Part shown: piece by piece, positions 13,540 through 25,609 of the stretch
Layout: the number at the start of each line of letters is the position of its first letter
How positions within the stretch are numbered: position 1 is the first letter of the stretch
Assembly: GCA_965235115.1 (NCBI GenBank)
Contig: OZ249436.1
Coordinates: 52,206,001-52,270,000, forward strand
DNA: 64,000 nt
Origin: Laetmonice hystrix
Taxonomy: Eukaryota
Direction of reading: 5' to 3'
The notes under the pieces: generated by a model
Databases searched by the model: none
What the model was told of the DNA's origin: nothing
Seen by the model: the letters and a program-made list of their open reading frames with translations, nothing else
Made by a program: the position numbers and the translations under genes

Positions 13540-15380
13540 GGCGCTCCCTCTCCAGGAGGTGGGGGTCTCCCCTGCTCTCTCGGTCCGTGGGTCTGCGCCT
13601 TCGGCGTGAGGGCGCGCGTTTTGGGTTGTTGCGATGTGTGGACCCTTTCTGTCCTCAGGGACGGTCTACGCATTGAGTTTGCGACCGTTCCGCCGCGTCT
13701 GTCGCCGGTAGTGAGGCCGTTCAGGCTGCCGCCTGGTTTAGTGCAACGCCGTTGCTGACGGAGGTCCGGTCCCTTCTAGACAAGGCGGCTGTGGTTCGAG
13801 TAGCGCCAGGGCAAGCAGCGCCGGGGTTCTTCTCCCCGATGTTTCTGGTGAGCAAGGCGTCGGGCGGCCTTCGTCCGGTCTTCTATCTGAAAGCTCTGAA
13901 CACTCACCTCTACCGGGAAAAAGTTTCAAATGGACACGGTAGAGGGAGTGTCACAGAGCTTGAGAGTGGGGGACTGGGCGGTGACCTTGGACATCGAGGA
14001 TGCATACCTGTCCCCTTCTTTCGCCCTCATCAACGCAACCTGCGATTTGCTACGGGACCTGAGGACTGTTATCAGTTTACAGTCCTTCCGCTTGTGTTAA
14101 CGTCGGCACCACGGGTGTTCACGAAACTGGCGGCGCAGGTCGGACACTGGGCCCGGCAGAGAGGAATGTTCCTTCACCTGTACCTGGACGACTGGTTGTT
14201 ACGCAATCCAGATCGGAAGCTGTGGTGCGACCAGGCGGACGGGTTGCTCCGTACCGTGGCGGAGCTGGAGTGGAGGCTCAACCTTCCGAAGTGTTCCCTT
14301 CGACCGTCCCAACAGTTCGTTTATCTGGGATTCCGTTGGGACACGCTTTTGGGCCGAGTGTTTCTCACCGCCAGATGGCAGGAGAAACTGTGGGCTATTC
14401 TCCCGCGGCCCGTTTGTGGCTCCAGGTGTTGGGTTTGCTCAAACTTGGGGTCACGGCCGGTGCCGTTGGGCAGGATGCACCTTCGTCCGATGCAGTTCGC
14501 TTTGCTGAGTCAGTGGCAACCGTTCAGAGATCCACTGGAAGCGCGTGTCCCGTTACCCCCGAATCTAGGACTTTGGATCCGGTGGTGGACGGGATGGGAG
14601 GCTCTCACGGAGGGCCGGCTGTTTGGACAGAGGGTGCCGACTGTCCATATGTTCACCGACGCGTCGTTGACGGGCTGGGGGCCCATCTTCTAGACTGGGA
14701 GGCCCAGGGCACGTGGTCCCCGGAAGAGTTGGGGTACCACGTGAACGTCCTGGAACTGCTGGCCATTTTCAGGGGCTTGTAGCAGTTCACGGAACAGGTG
14801 ACGGGGTCCGTACTGTTAAATCCATTCAGCCAACGTGGCGTTGGCTTACCTTCGCAAGGAGGGGGCACGCGTTCGGCTCGTCTGTTCCGGATGACGTGGG
14901 ACATCCTGTGGTGGTGTCGCAACCACGAGGTCGACTTACAGCTAACCCACGTCCAAGGGAAGTCCTACCAATGGGCGGATTCGCTCTCGCGGGGGGCAGA
15001 CTGCCACCGTCGGACTGGTCTCTACGGAGAGACGTAGTCCGGGGGATTTTTCAGGTTTGGGGGGAGCCACAGGTGGATCTGTTTGCCACTCGGGCCAATC
15101 ATCAGCTCCCCCTTTACGTGAGCCCCTTTCCGGATCCGTGCGCCATTGCTGTAGACGCTCTGTCGATCCCTTGCTACGGAGAGTGCAAGGATCAGATCGG
15201 AGAAGGCCACCCTGATTCTCGTGGCCCCCTGGTGGACATCACAACCGTGGTTCCCCGATATAGGGGAGCTCCTACTGGATCGTCCCAGGGAGCTACTGGT
15301 TTCGGCGGACTTGCTGGAACAGAGGGGACAGTTTCACCCCGCCCCAGGACTGTACAGACTTCACGCATTTCTGTTGTCCG
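13540..15380 (+). pseudogene. DIRS pol: reverse transcriptase, RNase H and N6-adenine-methyltransferase-like domain, disrupted
   Basis: GFFSPMFLVSKASGGLRPV..LKALN, YQFTVLPL.LTSAPRVFTK, LYLDDWLL (RT); MFTDASLTGWG and HVNVLELLAI (RNase H); WGEPQVDLFATRANHQLPLYVS..AVDALS and LILVAPWWTSQPWFP (MT). Several frameshifts and a TAG at ~14780. Confidence 0.9.
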
Positions 15381-16436
15381 GGGACGATGCGAAGATCAGG
15401 GATTCTCTGGCTCCGTGGCAGAATTTATCTCCCTCAAGCATCGACGGTCGACCCGTTCCGTCTATCAGTCCCGATGGGCAGCCTTTGTCGCCTGGGCTGA
15501 GGACCGAAGGGTTGATGTCTCCGCTCCCTCTGTTTCGTCAGTACTTTCTACTGACCCAGTTTGACCGCGGACTGTCAGTATCGGCGGTCCGGGGGTATCG
15601 ATCAGCTATGGCATCGACGGTGTCGGACTCGGAAGGTCAGTCCTTGTTCGTCTCGCCGGAGTTGAGTGCGCTCCTGCGGAGTTTTTTCCCTGCATAGGCC
15701 GGTGGGGGCCAACAGGGCGCCTCTGTGGAATCTGGCTTTGGTTCTGGATTCCCTAACTCAGCCTCCCTTCGAGCCGCTAGGGTCGGTGGACCTTATACAC
15801 CTGACGTGGAAGGTGTTGTTCCTGGTGGCTCTAGCGTTGGGACGGAGGCGGTCTGAGTTGCATGCATTCGGCGGGGCAGCTGAATACGTGCGGTTTGGGC
15901 GGCGGTATTCGGGGGTAACGCTTTAGTTCTTACCGCAGTTCATTCCTAAGAATCAGGATCCAGCGATTCCTACCCTGGCGGTTTCCTTTCCGGCTTTGTC
16001 CCCTGAGGTGGGCCAACATGATGCTGAGCGGCTCCTTTGTCCTGTGAGAGCTCTCAGATTCTACCTGACTAGGACAGCAGATCGGCGAGCGTTGTCAGAA
16101 CGGTTATTTGTCTCTGATGATGACCGGGTTCGTAGAGACATTGCGCCAGCTTCTCTGTCCCGCTGGCGATGCGAGACGGTAAGGCAAGCTTATGACACCG
16201 CCTCGCCAGATCAGTTGACTGTCTGCCAGGTGAGGGCGCACGAGGTAAGGACGTTGTCAGCTTCTTGGGCTCATTTTAACGGGGTAAGTGTTGGGGACAT
16301 CATGAAGGCTGCTTACTGGCGGGCGGAGTCTACGTTCACTAAGTACTACCTCCGCCAGATGTGTGGTCAACGTGATGAGCTCTACAGTCTGGGGCCGGTG
16401 GTGGCGGCTCAGACAGTGGTATCCGGGACGCGGTAG
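15370..16436 (+). pseudogene. DIRS tyrosine recombinase, disrupted
   Basis: STRSVYQSRWAAF, VRGYRSAM, LTWKVLFLVALALGRRRSEL, LLCPVRALRFYL, RAHEVRTLSASWA, AAYWRAESTFTKYY (catalytic R, H..R, W, Y). In-frame stops end at 15697 and 15926. Confidence 0.9.
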
Positions 16437-16621
16437 GCCTCTACCGGGGGGAGGGGGGGGGGGTGCGAGTGGGATCAGAAAAGCGGAACACTCGAGGGGG
16501 AGATGTAGGACGATGGATCGGGAAGTCCGGAGAAATAGGAACTATTCCGGACAACAGGATCCTCTTACAATAAAGAAATTTTAGGTAAATTGTTTTACCT
16601 CCTCCCATGCTTAGCACTCGT

Positions 16622-16727
16622 ATCTCATTATGTTATTAAGTTATGAGGTAAGGGAGCGTATGACCTTAACCAATACAGTTTTAGGGATAAACTGTTTGTT
16701 AAGGAATACGCGTACTTACCTCATAAC
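16622..16727 (+). repeat. DIRS internal complementary region (ICR)
   Basis: 16622-16670 is complementary to the element's left end, followed by a CAA core (16671-16673), then 16674-16727 complementary to the right end. Confidence 0.93.
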
Positions 16728-16765
16728 AGTACAACCCTCCCTCCGTCCCCCCATTTTCTTTTGGG

Positions 16766-16973
16766 GGTCAGACAAAAATGTGACTAGCTAGCCAGCTCAA
16801 ATGGGCCGGGTGGTGACGTCATCAGGTGGGAGGGGGCTGCGCGGTCACCGCGCAGCCGCAGAAGGAAGATTTCTGACCATTGGCTAAAAGACTAGCAATA
16901 AATCTCATTATGTTATTAAGTTATGAGGTAAGTACGCGTATTCCTTAACAAACAGTTTATCCCTAAAACTGTA
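16766..16973 (-). repeat. DIRS right inverted terminal repeat plus right extension
   Basis: Inverted copy of the left ITR followed by the unique AAACAGTTTATCCCTAAAACTGTA, which is matched by the ICR. Confidence 0.93.
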
Positions 16974-18620
16974 TTGATTCTTGGGACGCACGTCCTGCGA
17001 GCAAACGACGCTGCGAAATGCCAGTAGGCCTACACGGCAGTAGGCCTAGTCATTCTGCAAGCTGAGATCAGCAGTCGGTATTGGCAATAGAAATTCTTCC
17101 AAGAAAACGTAAATTCCACTTGCTCGCAAACCAGCCAAATCATTCATGCCCGCCATTTCTAGATAACGAGATTAACTCGACTTGCGTTCGACTGCTACCC
17201 CTACCCCACATGCGCACTAGAGACATCGACGTCATCGCCGGTGGAACTCTCCCCTACCCTAGAATCGCGGTGGCACATGTCAGTAGGTTGCCGAATAGTC
17301 CGGTGGAAGGACTTCCGTTTTCGTAACGCTATGGTGTGGGAGTGATACGGTCGTGGTGGATTATCTATATTCTTACCCGTGACGTCACGGCAATTCACTG
17401 ACTTATGCCGTCGCGCTCGAACTCGGCCATGAGGAGACTGGGGAATCTCCACCGCCAGATGGGGTTAGTAGTATCACAGAGTGTAAAATGTGAACCGTGG
17501 GAGTATTGTGGTATACCCAATGAAGGCGACAGTGAATGACGCTAATAAACACACCTGCCTTACATAATAGGCCCTAGTAAGATGGCCACTTTAAAACAAT
17601 AATCTTCACCCAGATTACGTTTATCAATGAATGATAAATAGGGCCCTACATGGTCGATTGTTCGTCTATGCTATCGCATTAACAACCAATTGACTGGTGG
17701 CGCCGTTTATCGGTATGCTCAGCAAGGAGAATGGCACGCTCACATTCGCGCCCATAATTTTCTGAAATAAACGCTCACAGATCCTGCACGGGACTCTGGG
17801 GAAGCCGCAGAGGGGTAACGAGGACACCGAGGCGAACTACTTTCACCGTAGCACATGGAAGACATGGCTTCCCGCGTGACACCAGTCAAACCGCCGGCGG
17901 TTAAGCTCAAGACAGTCAACCAGCGTCTACAAGTTTAATAGGGGTAGACCTAGCCTATATGGGTAAATTTCGACACGATCGACACCGTGACGGCCATAAA
18001 ATGAAGGGCGACATTGCGACATCCTCTTCTTAACGACGGTGCGACGGACACAGAGCTCCCAAATGGCTGATAAAATTCGACGTGAGACATCCAGAATTGC
18101 AATAAAAATAGACATTGATTTACTAAACAGGTGACACACGACATCGACAGTTATTAAATAGCGACGTGCGACGTAGTTATAGGCCTACCGTAAAAGCGAC
18201 ATAGATCTGCCATATCCATCTAGGCCTACATCTCTTACACTGTCTTAGTCTTAGTCTTACACTGGAGCCAGTCTCAGTCTTAGTCTTAGACTGGAGCTTA
18301 AAAAGTGACACGAGACATGATTGAATCGTTTTAAAAGTCCATGGGACATGGACAAATTTCTTATCGTGTGACACTGGGACACGGGCACAAACAATAGGAC
18401 CCTTTTAATTCAAGACCTGTTCAACTTCCAACATCAGCCATCTTGCCGACGGGCACGCACTACTTTGTATCAACGGTGTAGTAATCTGACGAGTGTGACG
18501 AGTGAGGTGGCGCGGATGCTCCTAATCGGGCCGTGAGTGATTATGTAATCTGTGAGAGTGCTTTCCCCGCACGAACGAAGATTGCCGAAAGGACTCGAGT
18601 GGGGAATGGGGGAATGGTGC

Positions 18621-18744
18621 TAGTTGGTTCCCGGCTCCCTCGCTAGGTGGCTCTACTCGTGTCGACCAGAGCCACCTAGCGAGGGAACCAGCTCAGGTCC
18701 TACCAGACCATTGATCACGCCCTCTAGAGAGGAGGAAGCCAACT
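18621..18744. repeat. Short palindromic element with a perfect 19-bp hairpin
   Basis: Stem 18636-18654 pairs with 18668-18686 (13-nt loop); outer imperfect IR TAGTTGGTTCC and GGAAGCCAACTA. Confidence 0.55.
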
Positions 18745-19415
18745 ACACATGATTTATAATGATTTCTTTAACAAAATAAAGTTAAATTCTGCTGAGAATG
18801 GATATGGCCGATCAGAATCGTGAAAAATCCGTTAAACATGCACGTACTTTACGAATGAGGCCAGGAAACCCCTTAACCCATGAATAGAAGGGTCGGTCAT
18901 AATTATACAAGAACCCCGACCCATGTGATGACTAGAAGTCTTGTCAAATAAGTCACAAAGCAGGTCTCAAAGAAGTCATAAAACAGGTTTCATTCAATTG
19001 ATAGTGAGCATATTTTTTAATTTTTCATAACTCCCGCTGTCTTAATAATCATGTATTAAAATTAACACATATATTATTTTTCCCCCGCAAGGGGAAAAAA
19101 TCATTAACCTGTCACAAATATCCTTCCTGAGACGTTGACAGAATGCCACGGTCATGAAACACTCAGGTGATATCTGCATGGATTCACTCGTGTCGCTCAT
19201 CGCTTTTTCACAGATGGTGTGAATGTGTAAATGAAATATGAAATTACACGAAAATGGTAAAAAATCCTCAAGCTGACATCCCCCGTTTTCTACCATAAGT
19301 GTGCCAGGTCTGGACCGCAGACGTGAAATATGCCTTCATCCATTACCGCTAATTTACGTCTGAGGACACTTGACTTTGAATGACCTTTCACTCAGAGAGC
19401 TGCAACTGATCTACA

Positions 19416-19510
19416 GGGCCCAATCTTGTTTCAGCTTAAGCTTGACGCCTCTGATTAACTGGTTGCAGAAGCCTTAAGCTTAAGCAAGATCTTAAGTTTT
19501 TACTGGGCCC
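19416..19510. mobile_element. Degenerate short relative of the 8889-9124 MITE
   Basis: GGGCCC termini and an internal TTAAGCTTAAGCAAG/CTGATT motif shared with 8889-9124. Confidence 0.4.
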
Positions 19511-19674
19511 GAGTCAGTGAGTAGGATGGCGTCGGCCTGGATGTGTGGGTCACAATCTTCTCCAAACCTTCAGGCTGACACACAACTGCACCACCTCACA
19601 CTGATGTCTCAACAGTTCTCTATCCAGGTGAGTTCTTCCTGTTCCTGTTTAAAACGTTTGGAGTCAGCTTGTTA

Positions 19675-22600
19675 TCAACTTGATTTGGCTCCCTTTGCCC
19701 CAGTACTTGTCTTACTTGAGATATTTCTCTCCCGTCTCACTTCGTATATCTGAAACATAACATAGGGTTGAACTGGGCCGTCTCAAAGTAAAGGAATTGT
19801 TAGAGAACTGTACAATATTTATAAGGTTCCTATCCTGCCGTGCCAACTGCTCGGTATGAGCGAGAGAACATACCTGGACATAGGACTCGGACAGTGTGAT
19901 CATCTGAGGCAAGATGTCCGTCACGTGTAGATCTTGTAATTCATACCACTTCCCACTTCCCTGGAAGACAATGGCAAACACGAATTGTTACTCAAAAGTC
20001 AAATTCAAGATTAGGTTTAATGGCTGGGTTGTGAAGACTTGAAGTGCTGCCTGGTCTGACTTGCGTCACTTGTTAACGATTGAAATAAGGACCCTGCCGA
20101 AGAATCCAAGTTAAGGGTCAGTTTATTTTTAATCCTAACTTGAGGCAGCTGTTCTGAGTAACAGAAAGGGGAACATCTTACCTTGTGAAGGATCTGTACC
20201 TTGTACTGGCCTTTCTCTGTACCTGGTTCACCATCATGAACGATGTTGGCAATCAGATCGTATGTCGTATACTTGTGTCTTGCTCTCACTTCTGGCGACA
20301 ACAGCTCACCAAAGTCTATACCCCTAGCAACAAATGGTTTGGGTAAATTACAAGGTCAACAAGAAGAGTGAGTCTGACTGAACCGACTGGGATTAGTAGG
20401 GTAAAGCAGACTTTCAGCTGTGTCATTATATTGTCTTTTCTCATAACTCTCTCAAAAAATGTTTTAATTTCTCATTCCCGCAAGGGGGAAAAAACATTAA
20501 CCTGTCACATACAGAAAGAATTTTCTCGATATGAGTTTTGTCTGAGTTGAGTCAACTATTTTTTTTACATCTGCACAAGCTATGATGCAGAACCGAAGCA
20601 GAATTCCTATGGATAGCAAAAATACTGGTTAACCAACAAAGACTAACTACTTACTTGACTGGAAAGTTGACAATTGTGTTGTTTTTCTCAATGATAAAGG
20701 TGTTCTTTGTGAATCTCTGTAAGCAACCAGTCGATAAAACTTCATATATCATCAGATTCTTTCACTTTGCATTTAACAATTCAGCACTTCATGATGTCAT
20801 TTCACAAGATTTTGTCACTGCCTTAATAGGGTACCAACATAACATCTACACATAGTATTTAAATAAATTTTGAAACTTTAGGAACGTATCTCAGAAAAAT
20901 CAACACTTCATATGTCATTAAGTACAGTGACTGTAGGGCTGGACACCGAGCCAACCTGACATGATGGGGACTCATGACAAGGAAGACACCAGTGAGGACC
21001 CTTACCTTGATGAACAGTATGATGTATGGAGGGAGGCGTGTCAGGAGGAAACTCTTCATGGTCGAGTCCTTGTACGTTTTGTACTCCTTCTCCTGGATAC
21101 CATTGAACTTGTTGAGGATCTGGTAGATTGGAACCTGTGGGATGATGTCCTCCTGAAGCTCGTCTGGGTAGAGGGGTGGTGCTGGCAGGTCACAGGTCAG
21201 GAAGAAAAACGGCACATCCTCCTGTTTCTCTGTGACAAAGCAACACTACCAATGCCTTATGTCATATCTAAATCTCTCATGTCTTTTGTCATCCAGCACA
21301 GTGCTCCTCAGCTGATAGGTTGGAGGGCCTCCAAATAGTGACTAAGAAATGCCACTAGTATTAAGTTAACATTATTATATTTTCTATTAATTATAATTAC
21401 ATTATTCCAGTTGACCTTCTCACTGATCCCCAAGCCACAGTTCAGTAACAAAGTAAACACTATACCTTGGTACTCTTCACTCATCATCAATTTCTCTTTC
21501 TCTTCTTCTTTCTGAAAAAGAAAACTGCTAGTAAAAAGTATTCCTCTTATAAAAATCATCATTATGCAAGGTTTTCTCTGAATATAACAAATTTCATAAA
21601 TCTGTAAATCATGTCTTCAGACTAACAATTTATACTTGCATGAGTACAAAACACTTAAGGGTTAAAATTCGATTGGAGGGTTTCAAAAGGAATGAATGTG
21701 ACTTACGATGTCTACAGCTGGCACCTTCCTGGAGGTGACCCTCATCATACCACGGAATGTTTTACTGATGACACTCGAGCTGATTTTGTTACTTCCTCCC
21801 AAACCGATGTGCAGCGCATTTAAGAACCAGGCCATGAACTCGACACAGTCACCTGCACAGGCAATTGTTTTTATTACAAAATTCCTTCATCGAGTTCATG
21901 TACAGTTCATGCTTCCAGTACGCTCCCTGCCCAGTATATACCCAGTACACGGCCCTGTGACTCAGTACATTACCCGCCTCCTGTGGCACAATACTCCTCA
22001 TTCCCTGCACATACCAATTACTCTGCCCTTTGACCCAGTATTTACCTTGTTCTGTGATTTGGTATTTTTTCTTGGACCCAAGGACTACTGCCTGCAGCAT
22101 CTCATGCGGACTGACGTGGGCCTTAAAGTTGCGAGGGTTGCACATCTTTCGTAGCAGCTCCCCAAACCTTTGTACCAGCAGGATCATCTGGTCACCTGGT
22201 GGACGGTGCACGTCCTTGTAGTTCTCCTCCCGCAAAAAGTAGTTCCGGAGTGGGGGCACATGGCACAGAGCCTGGAGGTGGAATGTTAATGTAAATAACC
22301 CTAGTTCTTTTTGACTCAATTAACTCCATATTAACTCCAACATTTACAAACAGGCCATACAGATCAAATCTTATTCAGCACTAAATCAAACTGACTGTCC
22401 CTAACATTTCCTGATCTTCATAGCAACAGGTTACATTTCCTGACCACAGTCTTGTGGTTGTGTACTCATATCCGCACGTCTGTCTTACCTGAAGGATGAC
22501 GTTACAGTAGTCATTGGCTTTAATATTGTTGAGGCCAACAATACCAGGCACGTAGGTTGTGCCGTCATAGGCCCGCGACATCTTGGATGATGCGTCTAGG

Positions 22601-25600
22601 ACTGCGATGGCATCTGGTGTAAAGGTGGGATTGAGCACGTACTGTTGACGAAACAGAATGCTCATTTGACCCCAGTACCATTAGACAATGTATCTGTGCT
22701 TTTTCCTGCTGATCTAAGCACAAACATGGAGCCTCTAGTAAGACAGAAGAAACCCTGGTAGAGGGAATATGAGGGACTATATCGTGAAGTCCTATGTTCC
22801 GAAAATGTTCCCTTCTTGAGTTTGTCTCTTGCAATTTTAAGGTCAAAATATTCCTATGAAAATGAAACTGCCACGTTGTTTATTGCCTTATTGAATTTAT
22901 AAAGTTACTACATTATATCATACCACAATATCTTCCAGTGATTGGTCAATGATCTGGTAGTTATCTGGCAGACAGTAGAACTTGCACGTCTCCAGGTTGA
23001 GGAAGACATGGTGTCCATCCTGCACGCTGTGAATGTAAGCATGCGACTTCAGGCCACGGCCTGCCAAGAAGGAAACAAATCAAAAGATTACCCACCCATT
23101 CTCATACCAGTATCAGGCATCAGAGTGCCTTACACTTTGAAGAACATGACAATCAACAATTGGACTTACCCTGATAGTACCGCCCACAGACCAGACACGC
23201 ATAGACGTTGAGATGGGACAGGGAGACGGAACACAACTTCTCAAAATCAAAGTCCAGGACTGACCTGAAGTAAAATAGAGAGGTTTTTTTCTGTTTTGGA
23301 AGCACCAGTTGGTAACTGGGTTCGAACATTGATTAATAAACCTACATCTATTGACCCATGAAGAGCCTTGGTCACAGTCTTTGAAACTATGTTACAGCTA
23401 TGACAATCAGTGAATCTGTTACAAACTCGGACAATATGTCATTTGATTTTGACCAAGTTTTAAACTGTCTTGTACATAATGTATATTGAAGGTTTTTGTC
23501 TCTTTTCGAAGAACTATATGAATTTCATTTTTCAATAACCTCTCAAACTCAATTGACCGAAGAACCTTTCAGCAAAACTGGGTTACCGGGTACCATATAC
23601 AGTTACATAATGGGGTATAATGGACAGTCAAGCGACTAATTGCCAAGGGTTTAAACTGCATGAAATTTGACCTTTGTCACTAGCTGATGGACAACCAATG
23701 GTGACCTGATATTTTGGCCACACTGCCACTGAAATGGATCTCTGTAAATAATACAACAAACCTGTTGATGGTGTCCAAATATGGGCAATTGCGACTTCTT
23801 TTATCCTCTTGCTGATTACGCACTGAAAATAAACATTAATAGAAATTTCTTTAAAATTACATCACACCTAACTTCGAAAATAAAACACTTAGGCCTACCT
23901 GTCACCGATAGCAACCTATTGACATAGATCTATATATGTGAAGACACACTGTTGCTGCAGTAGTAGTACTGCAGTGTGATGATCTTTGTTAAACCAACAC
24001 AATGCCATCCAATATTGACAATTTTCCTCGGAGCCGCCCGCGGGACTAAACTATCACTAACCCTAGGCCTAACCTTAACCTCAACCCTACTAACACTAAC
24101 CCTAGGCCAAACCTTAACCTTAACCCAACTAACAACACTAACCCTAGGCCAAACCTTAACCTTAACCCGACTAACACTAACCCTAGGCCAAACCTTAACC
24201 GCCTAGGCCCTGGGCGAGAACGGCCGCCCGTAACTTATGGACGGCCGATTTCGAGCGGCGGCCGATTTCGATATACACCCCTGAGATTAAGTACATGTAG
24301 TCAGTTCTGTCCATACTCCAACAAGTCAGAGTCCTAGTCCTTACGTCCACACGGACTCTGACCGTCGAGTACAAATACACCAGCGACTGCTATCCTGCCG
24401 GGGTTCTATCTTGGTCCTATCATGCATCATCGCCTCAAAGTCATGTTTTAGACCACTTTTGGCACTGAAACTTGCTGAGAGAGGTTACTTCAACAGAATC
24501 CGTAAATGTATTTTGTTGGATGTTAATGTTATCTTAGTAGGTGAAATTCTCAGTTTGTTTGGTCAAATTCAGCTCAGCGCAGGCGACAAGCGGTGACCCA
24601 CTTTATCGGGTGTGCGTATTTCCGACCGCTACAGTGCATCCGGAATGGACCGCATAAGTAGGTCGCGCTACCTGTTCAAGCAGACGCTGACGGCACAGAG
24701 TGAAGCGACCCGTTTCGGGTCCCAGTAGCGATCTAACTTTTATCAGTTCCCGGTTACTAGGTGCACCACAGATGGCTTACAGAGCCTACGGACCCGACTT
24801 GCTCGAAATCAACCGGACCGTGTGGACGTTATGTTTGTCCAATAATTATAATCAAGGTCAGAATTGCCATTCTATCACCTCTGCTCTCTGAAAATATTGA
24901 TTTCATATTCCATGGAAGAAGTTTAGTACCAAAACGAAGGCCGCAAAGTTGCGATAACGGACCTCTTCGCAAGAATCGCTGGGCAAACGTCACTCGACAA
25001 CTAAACGGTGTTGTGGAAGACACCGTTTAGAAACTGTGCCGGTGTCGCGGTCTGTTTTCTCCGCGGTCTGAAATCTCCGGGAGGTTGGCTGCAGAGTCGG
25101 GTGTATTTGTATCGTTCTCGGTAAACTATCCGAAATATCAGGTCTAGATTGAGTCTCACATAATAACTGTTTACTCCGCCGTCAGTATTGGTCGGCAATT
25201 TGCCTATCCGGGCTGTCGTTGATTACTATTTGGAAGAAAACTTCACGGACCATCAGCTAGCAGACGACCGGAGGTGTGAGCCTGAACAGCGACACGCGCG
25301 TGCTCACTTAGTCAGTTTCGCCCTCTAAACAATAGGAAACCATGCACCCGGAGATTACAGACCAGCGGAGAAAACAGACCGCGACACCGGGTGGCGTGGA
25401 CTCGGGTCAGTCGGTGGAGGCCGCGAAACCGGCATTCTCATTTGTCAACTTGCGGAGTAAGAATCAGCGTCGAATAGGCTCTATGTGGCATGCAAAACTA
25501 TATGGGACTAAGCGTTTATTATGTTCTTACCTTTGACTGGTCTTGCTTCCTCGTCGCCCTCCGAAATTCCCCTCTTTTTCACGCCCGTACGATTCCCTTC

Positions 25601-25609
25601 TGCCGCCAT
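19675..25609 (-). CDS. USP39: U4/U6.U5 tri-snRNP-associated protein 2 (inactive ubiquitin-specific protease 39, Sad1)
   Basis: 13 phase-consistent exons: 25609-25531, 23822-23762, 23264-23170, 23060-22924, 22641-22489, 22271-22046, 21852-21707, 21511-21466, 21229-21006, 20716-20655, 20323-20182, 19960-19874, 19749-19675 (TGA). Motifs CPYLDTINRSVLDFDFEKLCSVSL (ZnF-UBP), GLNNIKANDYCNVILQ (Asp at the catalytic Cys position), NFKAHVSPHEMLQAV, YDLIANIVHDGEP, WYELQDLHVTDILPQMITLSESY. Confidence 0.96.
24030..24280. repeat. TAACC(C/T)-rich tandem array (~40-bp units), probably the core of a non-autonomous Helentron/HINE-type element
   Basis: Three to four copies of CACTAACCCTAGGCCAAACCTTAACCTTAACCC followed by a duplicated CGGCCGATTTCGA; located in USP39 intron 1. 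Confidence 0.55.
25039..25390. mobile_element. MITE with ~43-bp TIRs and a 3-bp TSD
   Basis: CCGGTGTCGCGGTCTGTTTTCTCCGC..ATCTCCGGG at 25039 and its inverse ending at 25390; GTG flanks both sides (25036-38, 25391-93). Confidence 0.8.

Larger units (their letters stand above)
11012..16976 (+). mobile_element. DIRS1-like tyrosine-recombinase retrotransposon; full-length structure, coding-defective
   Basis: Left ITR ~11015-11198, right ITR ~16766-16949, right extension to 16973, ICR 16622-16727 complementary to both ends. Gene order gag, RT/RNase H, MT, YR. No conventional TSD; the boundaries are TTT and TTG trinucleotides. Confidence 0.95.
10127..17429 (-). mobile_element. Degenerate PIF/Harbinger DNA transposon interrupted by a DIRS element
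   Basis: 13-bp perfect TIRs TGGCCGAGTTCGA (10127) and TCGAACTCGGCCA (ending 17429), flanked by TTA and TGA. Removing the DIRS joins a minus-strand HARBI1-like N-terminal peptide, TCVPRIKEFAENAVPLFSLKDFTDNFRIGRAVF. Confidence 0.7.

Noticed and set aside
17900..18150. Possible degenerate THAP-domain fragment on the minus strand (C..C, W..RR, LHF)
   Set aside because: The motifs are split across frames and too weak to support without an HMM search.
24050..24200. Telomere or interstitial telomeric array
   Set aside because: The TAACCC words are embedded in ~40-bp composite units, not pure (TTAGGG)n.
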